NCBI RefSeq assembly: GCF_001457595.1
Contig: NZ_LN831039.1
Location: 5,760,001 to 5,792,000, forward strand
Direction of reading: 5' to 3'
DNA length: 32,000 bases
Origin: Mycolicibacterium smegmatis
Lineage (GTDB): Bacteria; Actinomycetota; Actinomycetes; Mycobacteriales; Mycobacteriaceae
Part shown: positions 1 to 9,458 of the stretch, in pieces
How the letters are laid out: each line of letters begins with the position of its first letter
Numbering within the stretch: the stretch's first letter is position 1
Program-made: the position numbers and the translations under genes
The notes under the pieces: model-generated
What the model was told of the DNA's origin: nothing
Database searches by the model: none
The model's input: the letters and a program-made list of their open reading frames with translations, nothing else

Positions 1-314
1 AGGTAGTAGTCCGCGTTGCGGGGCATACCGAAGGTTGCGGTTCCGCCACCGAGCGAGCCGAGTGAGCGGACCGCGTGCACGCCGCCGTCGGCCGCGTGCA
101 CGGCCTGCTCCGCATACGGCAACAACTCCTGACCCGCGGCGGTGAGCGCGAGCCTGCGGCTGCCGCGGACGAACAACTGGGCGTCGAGCTCTTCTTCGAG
201 ACGACGCACCAGTTCGGAGACCGACGCCTGGGCGACGGCCAGCGCATCGGCGGCAGCGGTGAACGAGCCAAGGCGGTGCGCTTCGACGAAAGCCCGAAGT
301 TGATTGAGCGTCAT
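1..314 (-). CDS. LysR-family transcriptional regulator, N-terminal part (gene runs off the left edge)
   Basis: Reverse-strand translation from CAT at 312-314: MTLNQLRAFVEAHRLGSFTAAADALAVAQASVSELVRRLEEELDAQLFVRGSRRLALTAAGQELLPYAEQ..., a typical LysR HTH; frame stays open to position 1. Confidence 0.9.
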   Translation of the reverse strand, partial: MTLNQLRAFVEAHRLGSFTAAADALAVAQASVSELVRRLEEELDAQLFVRGSRRLALTAAGQELLPYAEQAVHAADGGVHAVRSLGSLGGGTATFGMPRNADYY

Positions 315-332
315 ACCGTGCAGTATTGACCC

Positions 333-1445
333 ATGACCGACTCGTTGATCCGCCCGTTCCGCATCGCCGTACCCGACGCCGATCTCGACGACCTCAAGAG
401 CCGCCTGTCCCGCACCCGCTGGCCCGAGCCGGAAACCGTCGACGACTGGGGTCAGGGCATACCGCTGGACTACACCCGCGAGCTCGCCGAGTACTGGGCG
501 AACGGCTACGACTGGCGCGCCCGCGAACAGGCGCTGAACCGCTTCGACCACTACGTCACCGAACTCGACGGGCTCGACATCCACTTCATCCACCAGCGCT
601 GCGCACGCCCCGACGCGTTTCCCCTGCTGCTCACCCACGGCTGGCCCGGATCGATCGTCGAATTCCACAAGGTGATCGAACCGCTCACCGAGGCCGGGTT
701 CGACGTGGTCTGCCCGTCGCTGCCCGGCTACGGCTTCTCCGGCAAGCCCACGACGACCGGGTGGGGCATCGGCAGGATCGCCCAGGCGTGGGACACCCTC
801 ATGACCCGGCTGGGCTATGACCGCTACGGCGCGCAGGGCGGCGACTGGGGCGCGGCCGTCACGACGCAGATCGGCCGCAACGTGGGCAATTGTGTTGGCA
901 TTCATGTGAACATGCCGATCGCGCGGCCACCCGCCGAAGGCGTCGGTGAGATGACCGAGGAGGTGCGACAGGCGCTGGAACGGATGCAGTACTACCGCAA
1001 ATGGGATTCCGGCTACATGAAGCAGCAGTCGACGCGGCCGCAGACCGTGGGCTACGGCCTGGTCGACTCGCCCGTGGGGCAGCTGGCTTGGATCGTCGAG
1101 AAGTTCTGGTCGTGGATGGACTGCGACGGCCACCCCGAGAACGTGCTGAGCCGCGACGAACTGCTCGACAACGTGATGCTGTACTGGGTCACCGCGTCGG
1201 CGGCGTCCTCGGCGCGGCTGTACTGGGAGAGTTACGACACCTTCGCAGGTGGCGACTTCGTGACGCTGCCCACCGGCGTGGCGTCGTTCCCCAAGGAGAT
1301 CCTGCGCGCGCCGCGGGCCTGGTGCGAAAAGGCGTACAACGTCACGCATTTCACGATGATGCCGCGCGGTGGGCACTTCGCGGCGTTCGAGCAGCCCGAG
1401 CTTTTCGTCGAGGATGTCGCGAAATTCTTCGACAGCGTGCGCTGA
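333..1445 (+). CDS. Epoxide hydrolase (EHN domain plus alpha/beta hydrolase fold)
   Basis: 370 aa; N-terminus IRPFRIAVPDADLDDLKSRLSRTRWPEP and LLLTHGWPGSIVEFHKVIEPL, GGDWGAAV nucleophile elbow, C-terminal GGHFAAFEQPE. Confidence 0.9.
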   Translation: MTDSLIRPFRIAVPDADLDDLKSRLSRTRWPEPETVDDWGQGIPLDYTRELAEYWANGYDWRAREQALNRFDHYVTELDGLDIHFIHQRCARPDAFPLLLTHGWPGSIVEFHKVIEPLTEAGFDVVCPSLPGYGFSGKPTTTGWGIGRIAQAWDTLMTRLGYDRYGAQGGDWGAAVTTQIGRNVGNCVGIHVNMPIARPPAEGVGEMTEEVRQALERMQYYRKWDSGYMKQQSTRPQTVGYGLVDSPVGQLAWIVEKFWSWMDCDGHPENVLSRDELLDNVMLYWVTASAASSARLYWESYDTFAGGDFVTLPTGVASFPKEILRAPRAWCEKAYNVTHFTMMPRGGHFAAFEQPELFVEDVAKFFDSVR

Positions 1446-1447
1446 GC

Positions 1448-1526
1448 TTTTCTTTCGCGAGCAGACGTAAAACTGCCTATTTTGCAAGGAAATTGGGCAG
1501 TTTTGCGTCTGCTCGGCAGAAGAAAA
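1448..1526. terminator. Long inverted repeat between convergent genes; candidate bidirectional terminator or processing hairpin
   Basis: Left arm cgagcagacgtaaaactgcc (1458-1477) pairs with right arm ggcagttttgcgtctgctcg (1496-1515): 19 of 20 Watson-Crick plus one T-G; outer ttttct/agaaaa pairing possible. Confidence 0.65.
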
Positions 1527-3353
1527 TCAGGCCAGCGAGTCGACCCAGGCACGGTGCAGCGCCGCGTAGGCACCGTCGGTGCGGCCGATCAGATCGGCGG
1601 GTGAGCCGTCCTCGATGATGCGGCCGTGTTCGAGCACGAGCACCCGGTCGGCGATCTGCACGGTCGACAACCGGTGGGCGATGACCAGTGCGGTGCGGTC
1701 GGCGAGCACCGTCTCCAGTGCACGTTGCACCATGCGCTCGCTGGGGATGTCGAGCGAGGACGTGGCCTCGTCGAGGATCAGCACCGCCGGGTCGGCGAGG
1801 AACGCCCGCGCGAACGCGATCAGTTGGCGCTGCCCCGCCGACAGGCGTCCGCCGCGCTTGGCGACGTCGGTGCCGTAACCCTCGGGCAGCGTCGCGATGA
1901 ACCGGTCGGCGCCGACGGCCTCGGCCGCCGCGCGCACCTGCGCATCGGTGGCGTCGGGCCTGCCGAAGCGGATGTTGTCGGCGACGGTGCCCTCGAACAT
2001 GAAGTTCTCCTGCGTCACCATCACGACGTGGCGGCGCAGTTCTGACTGCGACAGGTCGCGCAGGTCGACTCCGTCCAGCGTGACGGTGCCCGAGGTGGGG
2101 TCGTAGAACCGCGCGATGAGCTTGGCGATCGTGGTCTTGCCGGCGCCCGTGGTGCCCACCAGTGCGACGGTCTGCCCCGCGGGCACCGTCAGCGTGAGAT
2201 CGGGTAGCACCGGGCGGCCGGGCGCGTAGGCGAAGTGCACGTGGTCGAACGTGATGGTGCCCGCTACCGCGTGAAGCGCGACGGGCCGCTCCGGATCGGC
2301 GATGCCCGGCCTCTGCGCCAGCACGCCCGCCAGTTTCTCCAGCGCCGACGACGCCGACTGGAAGGTGTTGAAGAACTGCGAGATCTCCTGCATGGGTTCG
2401 AAGAACATCCGCAGGTACAGCAGGAACGCGGCGAGCGTGCCGATGGTCATCTGGCCGCCCAGCACCCGGTAACCGCCGTAGAGCAGCACCACGCCGGTGG
2501 TGATGTTGCCGACCAGTTTGACGCCCGGCATGAAGATCGCGAGCAGCTTGAAGGTCTTCTCGTTGATCTCGCGGTAGCCGTCGGCGATGTCGGCGAAGAT
2601 CTCCTGGTTGCGGGGTTCGCGCCGGTAGGCCTGCACGGCCTTGATGCCGGTCATGGTCTCGACGAACTGCACGATCACCAACGCGGCGCTCTCGCGCACC
2701 TTGCGGTACGTGCGGGCGGATTCGTTGCGGAACCACCACACCAACGCGACGAGGATCGGGAACGCCGCCAGGCACATCAGGCCCAGCCGCCAGTCCAGCA
2801 CCACGAGCAGCACCGCGGTGCCGAACAGCGTGAGCACCGCGGTGATCAGGCTGTCGAATCCGGTCTCCAGCATGTCCTGGATGGCCTCGACGTCGTTGGT
2901 CGAGCGGCTCACCACCCGGCCCGAGGTGTACCGGTCGTGGAACGCCAGGTCCAGATGCTGGAAATGGCGGAACACCCGGCGCCGCAACTCCAGCAGCACC
3001 TTCTGCCCGATGCGCCCGGAGCGGCGCAGGAAGAACATCCGGCTGGTGGCCTGCACCAGCACCACCGCGCACAGCGTCGCGACGATGACCATGAGCTCAC
3101 GCGCCGAGTCACCGGCGAGGATGGGCGGGATGCCGTGGTCGATGCCGCGCTGCACCAGCACCGGAACCGAAAGCCGCGCAGCGTTTTCCACGATCACCAC
3201 GAGCGCCAGCAGCGCGACGATCCAGCGGTAGGGCGCCAACAGCGAGCCCAGCAGGGACCGGGCCTCCCGGCGCAGGGGCACGTTCTCGTCGATCGGCAGA
3301 TCGTCCGGGTTCTGCTCGTCCTGCAGGCGGCCGCGCCAGTCGGTCACGCTCAT
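1527..3353 (-). CDS. ABC exporter, fused permease/ATPase (consensus Walker B, non-consensus signature LSAGQ)
   Basis: 608 aa; VALVGTTGAGKTTIAKL Walker A, RLSAGQRQLIAFARA signature, VLILDEATSSLD Walker B, VIAHRLST H-loop, N-terminal TM domain. Confidence 0.93.
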   Translation of the reverse strand: MSVTDWRGRLQDEQNPDDLPIDENVPLRREARSLLGSLLAPYRWIVALLALVVIVENAARLSVPVLVQRGIDHGIPPILAGDSARELMVIVATLCAVVLVQATSRMFFLRRSGRIGQKVLLELRRRVFRHFQHLDLAFHDRYTSGRVVSRSTNDVEAIQDMLETGFDSLITAVLTLFGTAVLLVVLDWRLGLMCLAAFPILVALVWWFRNESARTYRKVRESAALVIVQFVETMTGIKAVQAYRREPRNQEIFADIADGYREINEKTFKLLAIFMPGVKLVGNITTGVVLLYGGYRVLGGQMTIGTLAAFLLYLRMFFEPMQEISQFFNTFQSASSALEKLAGVLAQRPGIADPERPVALHAVAGTITFDHVHFAYAPGRPVLPDLTLTVPAGQTVALVGTTGAGKTTIAKLIARFYDPTSGTVTLDGVDLRDLSQSELRRHVVMVTQENFMFEGTVADNIRFGRPDATDAQVRAAAEAVGADRFIATLPEGYGTDVAKRGGRLSAGQRQLIAFARAFLADPAVLILDEATSSLDIPSERMVQRALETVLADRTALVIAHRLSTVQIADRVLVLEHGRIIEDGSPADLIGRTDGAYAALHRAWVDSLA

Positions 3354-5308
3354 CGGCGCTGCACCTCCTGGCCCAGATACTCGGGCTCGTCGAGACCGTC
3401 GATCGCGGCGCGCTCGTCATGCACCCGGCGCAGCCGCTGCAGCTCCTCCTCGTCCTCCCACTCGCAGATGCGTTCGGCCTCGTCGTCGAGTTCGTCGTCG
3501 GCGGCCAGCAGGTAGCGGTACCGGGGCACCTCGGCGAGCAGTTCGGCGTGCGTGCCGATATGGGTGATGGTGCCCGCGCCCTGGCCGTCGCGGTCCAGCA
3601 GCGCGACCTTGTCGGCCAACAGCACCGTCGACGCGCGGTGCGCGACGATGACCCCGGTGACCGACGAGAGCACCCGGCCCAGCGCCTCGGTGACCCTGGC
3701 CTCGGTGTGCACATCGAGCGCCGAGAGCGTGTCGTCGAGCACCAGGATGCGGGGCGCGGCGAGGATCGCTCGCGCCAGCGAAAGCCGTTGGCGCTGACCG
3801 CCGGACAGGCTCATACCCTGCTCACCGATGCGGGTGTCCAGACCGAACGGCAGGCCGTGGACGAAGTGCGCGGCCGCGACGTCGACGGCCTGTTCCAGTT
3901 CGGCGTCGGACGCGTCGGCGCGGCCCAGGCGCAGGTTCTCGGCGACCGACATCGAGAACAGTGTCGGATCCTCGAACGCGGTGGCCACGGTGCGGCGCAG
4001 CGCGGGCAGGCTCAGGTCGCGGATGTCCCGACCGTCGATGAGGATCTGCCCCTCGGTGACGTCATAGAGACGTGAGAACAGCGCAGCCAGAACGGATTTC
4101 CCGGATCCGGTGGACCCGACCAGCGCGACCGTCTCCCCCGGCTCGACGGTCAGGTCGACATGGCGCAGGGCCCACGCATCCGAGTCCGGGAAGCGAAATC
4201 CCACATCCCGCAACTCCAGCCGGCCACCGAGCGGCGCCTCGGCGATCGGCCCATCGACGATTTCGCGTGGCGCGTCGAAGATCTCGGCGATGCGGTTGGC
4301 CGCGGTGAACGACTCCTGCGTCATCGACAACAGGAAGCCCAGCGACGCGATCGGCCACACCAGCGACAGCATCATGGTGATGAACGCGACCAGCGTGCCC
4401 ATCGTGACGTAGCCGTGGCCCGCGGCATAGGCGCCGAAGCCCAGCACCACGATGAGCGTCAGGTTGGGGATGACCTCAAGCAGCGTCCAGAATTTCGCGG
4501 ACACACCGACGCGCGCGACCTGCGTGTCGTACAGACGCGTGGCCTGCTCGTCGAACCGGTCGAACACGTAGTCCTCACGCCCGAACGACTTCACGACGCG
4601 AAGGCCCAGCGCCGACTCCTCGACGTGCGTCGCGACATGGCCGGTCTGATCCTGCGCGAGCCGCGACAGCCGCGTGTACTCACGCTCGAAGTGCAGCACC
4701 GTGGCCGCGATCGGCACGATCGACACCAGCACCACGACACCCAGGGGCCAGTACATGGCCAGCAGGATCGCGGTGACCACGGTGATCTGCAGGCCGTTGA
4801 GGATCAGGAACACCAGGCCGAACGACATGAACCGGCGGATGGTCGACAGGTCGTTCATCACGCGCGAGAGCAACTGGCCTGACTGCCAACGGCCGTGGAA
4901 CGACATCGGCAGGATCTGCAGCCGTGCGTAGAGGTCCTTGCGGATGTCGGCCTCGACGCCCATCGTGGCGCGCGCGACCAGCCACCGCCGGATGAACCAC
5001 AGCACGGCCTCGGAGATGCCGATGCCCACCGCGGCGGCACCCAGCGTCCACAACCCCTGCGAATCCTGATGACGCACCGGCCCGTCGATCACGGCCTTGG
5101 TCATCAGCGGGATCGCGATGGTGGCGCCGAGGCTCACGATCGCCACGACGACCATGGTCACCCAGCGGGCCCGGTACGGCAGCAGGTACGGAAGCAGCCG
5201 ACGCAGGTCCGAGCCGGCCCTGAGCCGCGCCGGTGGCGCAGCGATGGCCGGCGCGCTGCCGAGAGCGTCTGCGCCGGATCCGCGGGGTTCGGAGGAAGAT
5301 TCAGTCAC
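3350..5308 (-). CDS. ABC exporter, fused permease/ATPase (partner of preceding gene; Walker B followed by Asp)
   Basis: 652 aa; VALVGSTGSGKSVLAAL, MSLSGGQRQRLSLARAIL, RILVLDDTLSALD, IVAHRAST. Overlaps the next gene start by ATGA. Confidence 0.93.
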   Translation of the reverse strand: MTESSSEPRGSGADALGSAPAIAAPPARLRAGSDLRRLLPYLLPYRARWVTMVVVAIVSLGATIAIPLMTKAVIDGPVRHQDSQGLWTLGAAAVGIGISEAVLWFIRRWLVARATMGVEADIRKDLYARLQILPMSFHGRWQSGQLLSRVMNDLSTIRRFMSFGLVFLILNGLQITVVTAILLAMYWPLGVVVLVSIVPIAATVLHFEREYTRLSRLAQDQTGHVATHVEESALGLRVVKSFGREDYVFDRFDEQATRLYDTQVARVGVSAKFWTLLEVIPNLTLIVVLGFGAYAAGHGYVTMGTLVAFITMMLSLVWPIASLGFLLSMTQESFTAANRIAEIFDAPREIVDGPIAEAPLGGRLELRDVGFRFPDSDAWALRHVDLTVEPGETVALVGSTGSGKSVLAALFSRLYDVTEGQILIDGRDIRDLSLPALRRTVATAFEDPTLFSMSVAENLRLGRADASDAELEQAVDVAAAHFVHGLPFGLDTRIGEQGMSLSGGQRQRLSLARAILAAPRILVLDDTLSALDVHTEARVTEALGRVLSSVTGVIVAHRASTVLLADKVALLDRDGQGAGTITHIGTHAELLAEVPRYRYLLAADDELDDEAERICEWEDEEELQRLRRVHDERAAIDGLDEPEYLGQEVQRR

Positions 5309-5346
5309 AACCAGTCAATATTCCCATGTGCGGCAACTGAATAACC

Positions 5347-7239
5347 TCACGCGGCGCTCGCATCGGCCCGGTCCTCGGAGCCGAACTGCGTTTCGTACAG
5401 CTCGGCGTAACGTCCGCCACGGGCCAACAGCGCATCATGCGTGCCGCGTTCGACGATGCGTCCGTCCTCGACGACGAGGATGAGATCGGCCGCGCGCACC
5501 GTGGACAGCCGGTGGGCGACGACCAGTGACGTGCGGCCCGCCAACGCCTCGGCCAGGGCCTGCTGCACCGCGGCCTCGGAGGCCGAGTCCAGCGACGCCG
5601 TCGCCTCATCCAGCACCACCACCCGCGATCGCCCCAACAGCAGGCGCGCGATCGTCAGCCGCTGCCGCTGCCCTCCGGAAAGACGGTATCCCCGCTCACC
5701 GACAACCGTGTCGAGCCCGTCGGGCATCGCGGCAACCACATCGGCCAGCCGGGCGCGGCGCAGGGCGTCCCACAACTCGTCGTCGGTCGCGTTCGGCGCG
5801 GCCAGCCGCAGGTTGGCCCCGATCGACTCGTGGAACAGGTGCCCGTCCTGGGTCACCATGCCGACGGTGTCCTTCAGCGATGCGAACGTCACGTCGCGCA
5901 CGTCGACGCCACCCAACCGGACCCCGCCGGCATCGACATCGTAGAGCCGCGCGACCAGCGAGGCGATGGTCGACTTGCCTGCACCCGAGGAGCCGACCAG
6001 GGCCACCATCTGACCCGGCTCGGCGCGGAAGCTGATGCCGTGCAGCACCTCGTCGCCGCCGCGGTGGTCGAGCTCGGCGACCTCTTCCAGCGACGCCAGC
6101 GACACCTTGTCGGCCGACGGATACGAGAACCGCACATCGTCGAACTCGACGGTCACCGGACCGTCCGGTACCGGCATGGCGTCGGGTTCCTCGGCGATCA
6201 GCGGTTCCAGGTCGAGCACCTCGAAGACCCGCTCGAACGACACCAGTGCACTCGCGATCTCGACGCGCGCGTTGGCCAGGGCGGTCAGTGGGGCGTACAT
6301 GCGGGTGAGCAGCAGCGCCAGCGACACGATCGAGCCGGCCTGCAACTGCCCGCCGATAGCGAGTACGCCGCCCAGGCCGTACACCAGCGCCAGGGCCAGT
6401 GCCGACATCAGCGTCAGCGAGTTCATGAACGTCGACTGCAGCATCGCGGTGCGCACCCCGATGTCACGGACCGCGTCGGCACGCGCCGCGAACTCGTCGG
6501 ATTCGCGCTGCGGGCTGCCGAACAGTTTGACCAGCGTGGCGCCCGGCGCCGAGAACCGCTCGGTCATCTGCGTGTTCATGGTCGCGTTGTGCGCCGCGGC
6601 GCGCCGCGACAGATCGGCCATGCGCGCACCGATGCGGCGTGCGGGCACCACGAACAGCGGAACCAGCACGAGCGCGAGCAGCGTGATCTGCCACGAGATC
6701 CGCAGCATCACCACGAGCGTGAGCGTCAGCGTCACGACGTTGGTGACGATGCCCGAGAACGTGTCGGAGAACGCGCGCTGTGCGCCGATGACGTCGTTGC
6801 CCAGGCGGCTCACGAGGGCACCCGTGCGGGTGCGCGTGAAGAACGCGATGGGCATCTTCTGCACGTGGTCGAACACCGCGGTGCGCAAGTCGAGGATGAG
6901 GCCCTCGCCGATGGTCGACGACAGCCAGCGGGTGACCAGCGACACCGCGGCCTCGGCGACTGCGATGGCGGCGATGGTGCCCGCCAGCAGGAGCACTACC
7001 GCGGCCAATCCGCCGTCGGTGATCTGGTCGATCACGCGGCCGGCCAGCACCGGCGTGGTGACCGCGAGCACCGCGCTGAGCACGCTGACCGCGAAGAACA
7101 CCGCGAGCCTGCGGTGGTGGCGTGCCGCGAAACGCCAGATTCGCGCCAGCAGTCGCCGGTTCGCGAGCGCGTGCAGGTCACCGCCCTTGGCGTGCGTTTG
7201 GCGGTACAGGGTCTGCCGCGCGACGGTCTCGATACTCAT
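5347..7239 (-). CDS. ABC exporter, fused permease/ATPase (all consensus motifs, homodimer-like)
   Basis: Start MSIETVARQTLYRQ chosen at CAT 7237-7239; VALVGSSGAGKSTIAS, RLSGGQRQRLTIARLLL, VVVLDEATASLD, LVVAHRLST. Confidence 0.9.
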   Translation of the reverse strand: MSIETVARQTLYRQTHAKGGDLHALANRRLLARIWRFAARHHRRLAVFFAVSVLSAVLAVTTPVLAGRVIDQITDGGLAAVVLLLAGTIAAIAVAEAAVSLVTRWLSSTIGEGLILDLRTAVFDHVQKMPIAFFTRTRTGALVSRLGNDVIGAQRAFSDTFSGIVTNVVTLTLTLVVMLRISWQITLLALVLVPLFVVPARRIGARMADLSRRAAAHNATMNTQMTERFSAPGATLVKLFGSPQRESDEFAARADAVRDIGVRTAMLQSTFMNSLTLMSALALALVYGLGGVLAIGGQLQAGSIVSLALLLTRMYAPLTALANARVEIASALVSFERVFEVLDLEPLIAEEPDAMPVPDGPVTVEFDDVRFSYPSADKVSLASLEEVAELDHRGGDEVLHGISFRAEPGQMVALVGSSGAGKSTIASLVARLYDVDAGGVRLGGVDVRDVTFASLKDTVGMVTQDGHLFHESIGANLRLAAPNATDDELWDALRRARLADVVAAMPDGLDTVVGERGYRLSGGQRQRLTIARLLLGRSRVVVLDEATASLDSASEAAVQQALAEALAGRTSLVVAHRLSTVRAADLILVVEDGRIVERGTHDALLARGGRYAELYETQFGSEDRADASAA

Positions 7240-7253
7240 TTGCTCACCGTAAA

Positions 7254-7273
7254 ACCTCAACCAATGATGAGGT
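7254..7273. promoter_or_regulatory. Short inverted repeat acctca-N8-tgaggt in the ABC/prrA divergent intergenic region
   Basis: Arms at 7254-7259 and 7268-7273 read directly. Confidence 0.3.
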
Positions 7274-7345
7274 CAAAGACTTCCCCGGCGGTTCGCGACG
7301 CAAACCGGACGTGCCTGCGTCGTCAGCCGCCGGTCATCGGGCAAG

Positions 7346-8065
7346 ATGGCGGGCATGGACAGTACTACCAGCGGCATGGCCTCGCCGAGGGTGCTTGTGG
7401 TGGATGACGACCCCGACGTGCTCGCCTCACTCGAACGCGGGCTGCGGCTGTCCGGATTCGACGTGTCGACAGCCGTGGACGGGGCCGAGGCGCTGCGCAG
7501 CGCCACCGAGACGCGCCCCGACGCCATCGTGCTCGACATCAACATGCCCGTCCTCGACGGTGTCAGCGTGGTGACCGCGCTCCGCGCCATGGACAACGAC
7601 GTGCCGGTGTGCGTGTTGTCCGCGCGCAGCAGTGTCGACGACCGCGTCGCGGGGCTCGAAGCCGGCGCCGACGACTACCTGGTGAAACCGTTCGTGCTGG
7701 CCGAACTCGTGGCGCGGGTCAAGGCGCTGCTGCGCCGCCGCGGCTCGTCGGCCACGTTCTCCTCGGAGACCATCCAGGTCGGCCCGCTCGAGGTGGACAT
7801 CCCGGGCCGTCGCGCGCGCGTCAACGGCGTCGACGTCGACCTGACCAAGCGCGAGTTCGACCTGCTCGCCGTGCTGGCCGAGCACAAGACCGCGGTGCTC
7901 TCGCGCGCCCAGCTGCTCGAGCTGGTGTGGGGCTACGACTTCGCGGCCGACACCAACGTCGTCGACGTGTTCATCGGCTACCTGCGCCGGAAGCTCGAAG
8001 CCGGTGGCGCGCCCCGATTGCTGCACACCGTGCGAGGCGTCGGTTTCGTCCTGCGGACCCAGTAG
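7346..8065 (+). CDS. prrA: Two-component response regulator PrrA (OmpR/PhoB type)
   Basis: [42 protein letters not shown]..., C-terminal winged helix [32 protein letters not shown]; recognised as near-identical to mycobacterial PrrA. Confidence 0.95.
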   Translation: MAGMDSTTSGMASPRVLVVDDDPDVLASLERGLRLSGFDVSTAVDGAEALRSATETRPDAIVLDINMPVLDGVSVVTALRAMDNDVPVCVLSARSSVDDRVAGLEAGADDYLVKPFVLAELVARVKALLRRRGSSATFSSETIQVGPLEVDIPGRRARVNGVDVDLTKREFDLLAVLAEHKTAVLSRAQLLELVWGYDFAADTNVVDVFIGYLRRKLEAGGAPRLLHTVRGVGFVLRTQ

Positions 8066-8074
8066 CCCGCCGCC

Positions 8075-9415
8075 ATGAGCATGCTCACCCGGATTTTCCG
8101 CCGCACCCCGTCGCTGCGGACCCGGGTGGCGTTCGCGACGGCGATCGGTGCCGCGATCGTCGTGGTCATCGTCGGCACGATCGTGTGGATCGGCATCACC
8201 AACGACCGCAAGGAACGGCTCGACCGGCGTCTCGATGAGGCCGCGGGTTTCGCGATCCCGTTCCTGCCGCGCGGACTCGACCAGATCCCGCGCTCCCCCA
8301 ACGACCAGGACGCCGTGATCACGGTGCGCCAGACCGGCGCGGTGACGTCGAACTCGACCGTGGTGCTCCCCGAGTTGCCCGCAGGCTACGCCGACACCTA
8401 CATCGACGGTGTGCGCTGGCGTGTGCGCACCGTCGAGATCCCGGCGCCGGGCCCCATGTGGGTGGCCGTGGGCGCGACGTACGACGCGACCATCGCCGAC
8501 ACCAACAACCTGCACCGGCGGGTGCTCGTGATCTGTGTGTTCGCGGTCGGCGCGGCCACGGTGCTGGGCTGGGTGCTCGCAGCCTTCGCGGTGCGCCCGC
8601 TCAAACGCCTCGCCGAACAGACGCGCGAGATCGAGGCGGGCGACGAGGCCCCCGACGTGGAGGTGCGGGGGGCGACCGAGGCCGTCGAGATCGCCGAGGC
8701 CGTCAACGGCATGCTCAAGCGCATCTGGAAAGAACAGGACCGCACCAAGTCGGCCCTGGCGTCGGCGCGTGATTTCGCGTCGGTGTCCGCGCATGAACTG
8801 CGCACCCCGCTCACGGCGATGCGCACCAACCTCGAGGTGCTCTCCACCCTCGACCTGCCCGACGAGCAGCGCAAGGAAGTGGTCAACGACGTCATCCGCA
8901 CGCAGTCGCGCATCGAGGCCACGCTCGGCGCGCTCGAACGGCTCGCGCAGGGCGAGTTGAGCACCACCGACGACCACGTGACCGTCGACATCACCGAACT
9001 GCTCGACCGCGCGGCGCACGACGCCATGCGCATCTACCCCGACCTGGAGGTGTCGCTCGCGCCGTCGCCGACCGTGATCATCGTGGGCTTGCCGACGGGC
9101 CTGCGCCTTTCGGTCGACAACGCGATCGCCAACGCCGTCAAACACGGCGGCGCCACGCGCGTGCAGCTTTCCGCGGTCAGCTCACGCGAGGGCGTCGAGA
9201 TCGCGATCGACGACAACGGCGTCGGCGTGCCCGAGGGCGAACGGGCCCTGGTGTTCGACCGGTTCGCGCGCGGATCGACCGCGTCCCGGTCGGGTTCGGG
9301 CCTGGGCCTCGCACTCGTCGCGCAGCAGGCCGAACTGCACGGCGGCACCGCGACTTTGGCGGAGAGCCCGCTGGGCGGGGCCCGGCTGTTGTTGAGGCTG
9401 CCGGGCCCGCGCTGA
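8075..9415 (+). CDS. prrB: Sensor histidine kinase PrrB
   Basis: N-terminal TM segment, HAMP-like region after second TM, ASVSAHELRTPLTAMRTNLEVL H-box, DNAIANAVKHGG N-box, GSGLGLALVAQQAELHGG G-box; directly downstream of prrA. Confidence 0.94.
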   Translation: MSMLTRIFRRTPSLRTRVAFATAIGAAIVVVIVGTIVWIGITNDRKERLDRRLDEAAGFAIPFLPRGLDQIPRSPNDQDAVITVRQTGAVTSNSTVVLPELPAGYADTYIDGVRWRVRTVEIPAPGPMWVAVGATYDATIADTNNLHRRVLVICVFAVGAATVLGWVLAAFAVRPLKRLAEQTREIEAGDEAPDVEVRGATEAVEIAEAVNGMLKRIWKEQDRTKSALASARDFASVSAHELRTPLTAMRTNLEVLSTLDLPDEQRKEVVNDVIRTQSRIEATLGALERLAQGELSTTDDHVTVDITELLDRAAHDAMRIYPDLEVSLAPSPTVIIVGLPTGLRLSVDNAIANAVKHGGATRVQLSAVSSREGVEIAIDDNGVGVPEGERALVFDRFARGSTASRSGSGLGLALVAQQAELHGGTATLAESPLGGARLLLRLPGPR

Positions 9416-9425
9416 GATCAGCTAG

Positions 9426-9454
9426 CGGGTGGCGAGCAGGTCGATGACAAAAAT
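9426..9454 (-). pseudogene. Fossil duplicate of the 3' end of the adjacent FKBP gene
   Basis: cgggtggcgagcaggtcgatgacaaaaat (9426-9454) matches cgggtggccagcaggtcgatgacgaagat (9463-9491) at 26 of 29 positions; both encode on the minus strand ...FVIDLLATR followed by a stop. Confidence 0.6.
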
Positions 9455-9458
9455 CGCG

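Noticed and set aside
5830-7407. 525-aa plus-strand ORF antisense to the third ABC exporter
   Set aside because: Composition (His/Arg/Gln-rich) indicates codon-bias shadow ORF; ABC motifs on the minus strand are unambiguous.
7427-9145. 572-aa minus-strand ORF across prrA and prrB
   Set aside because: Shadow ORF antisense to two strongly conserved genes.
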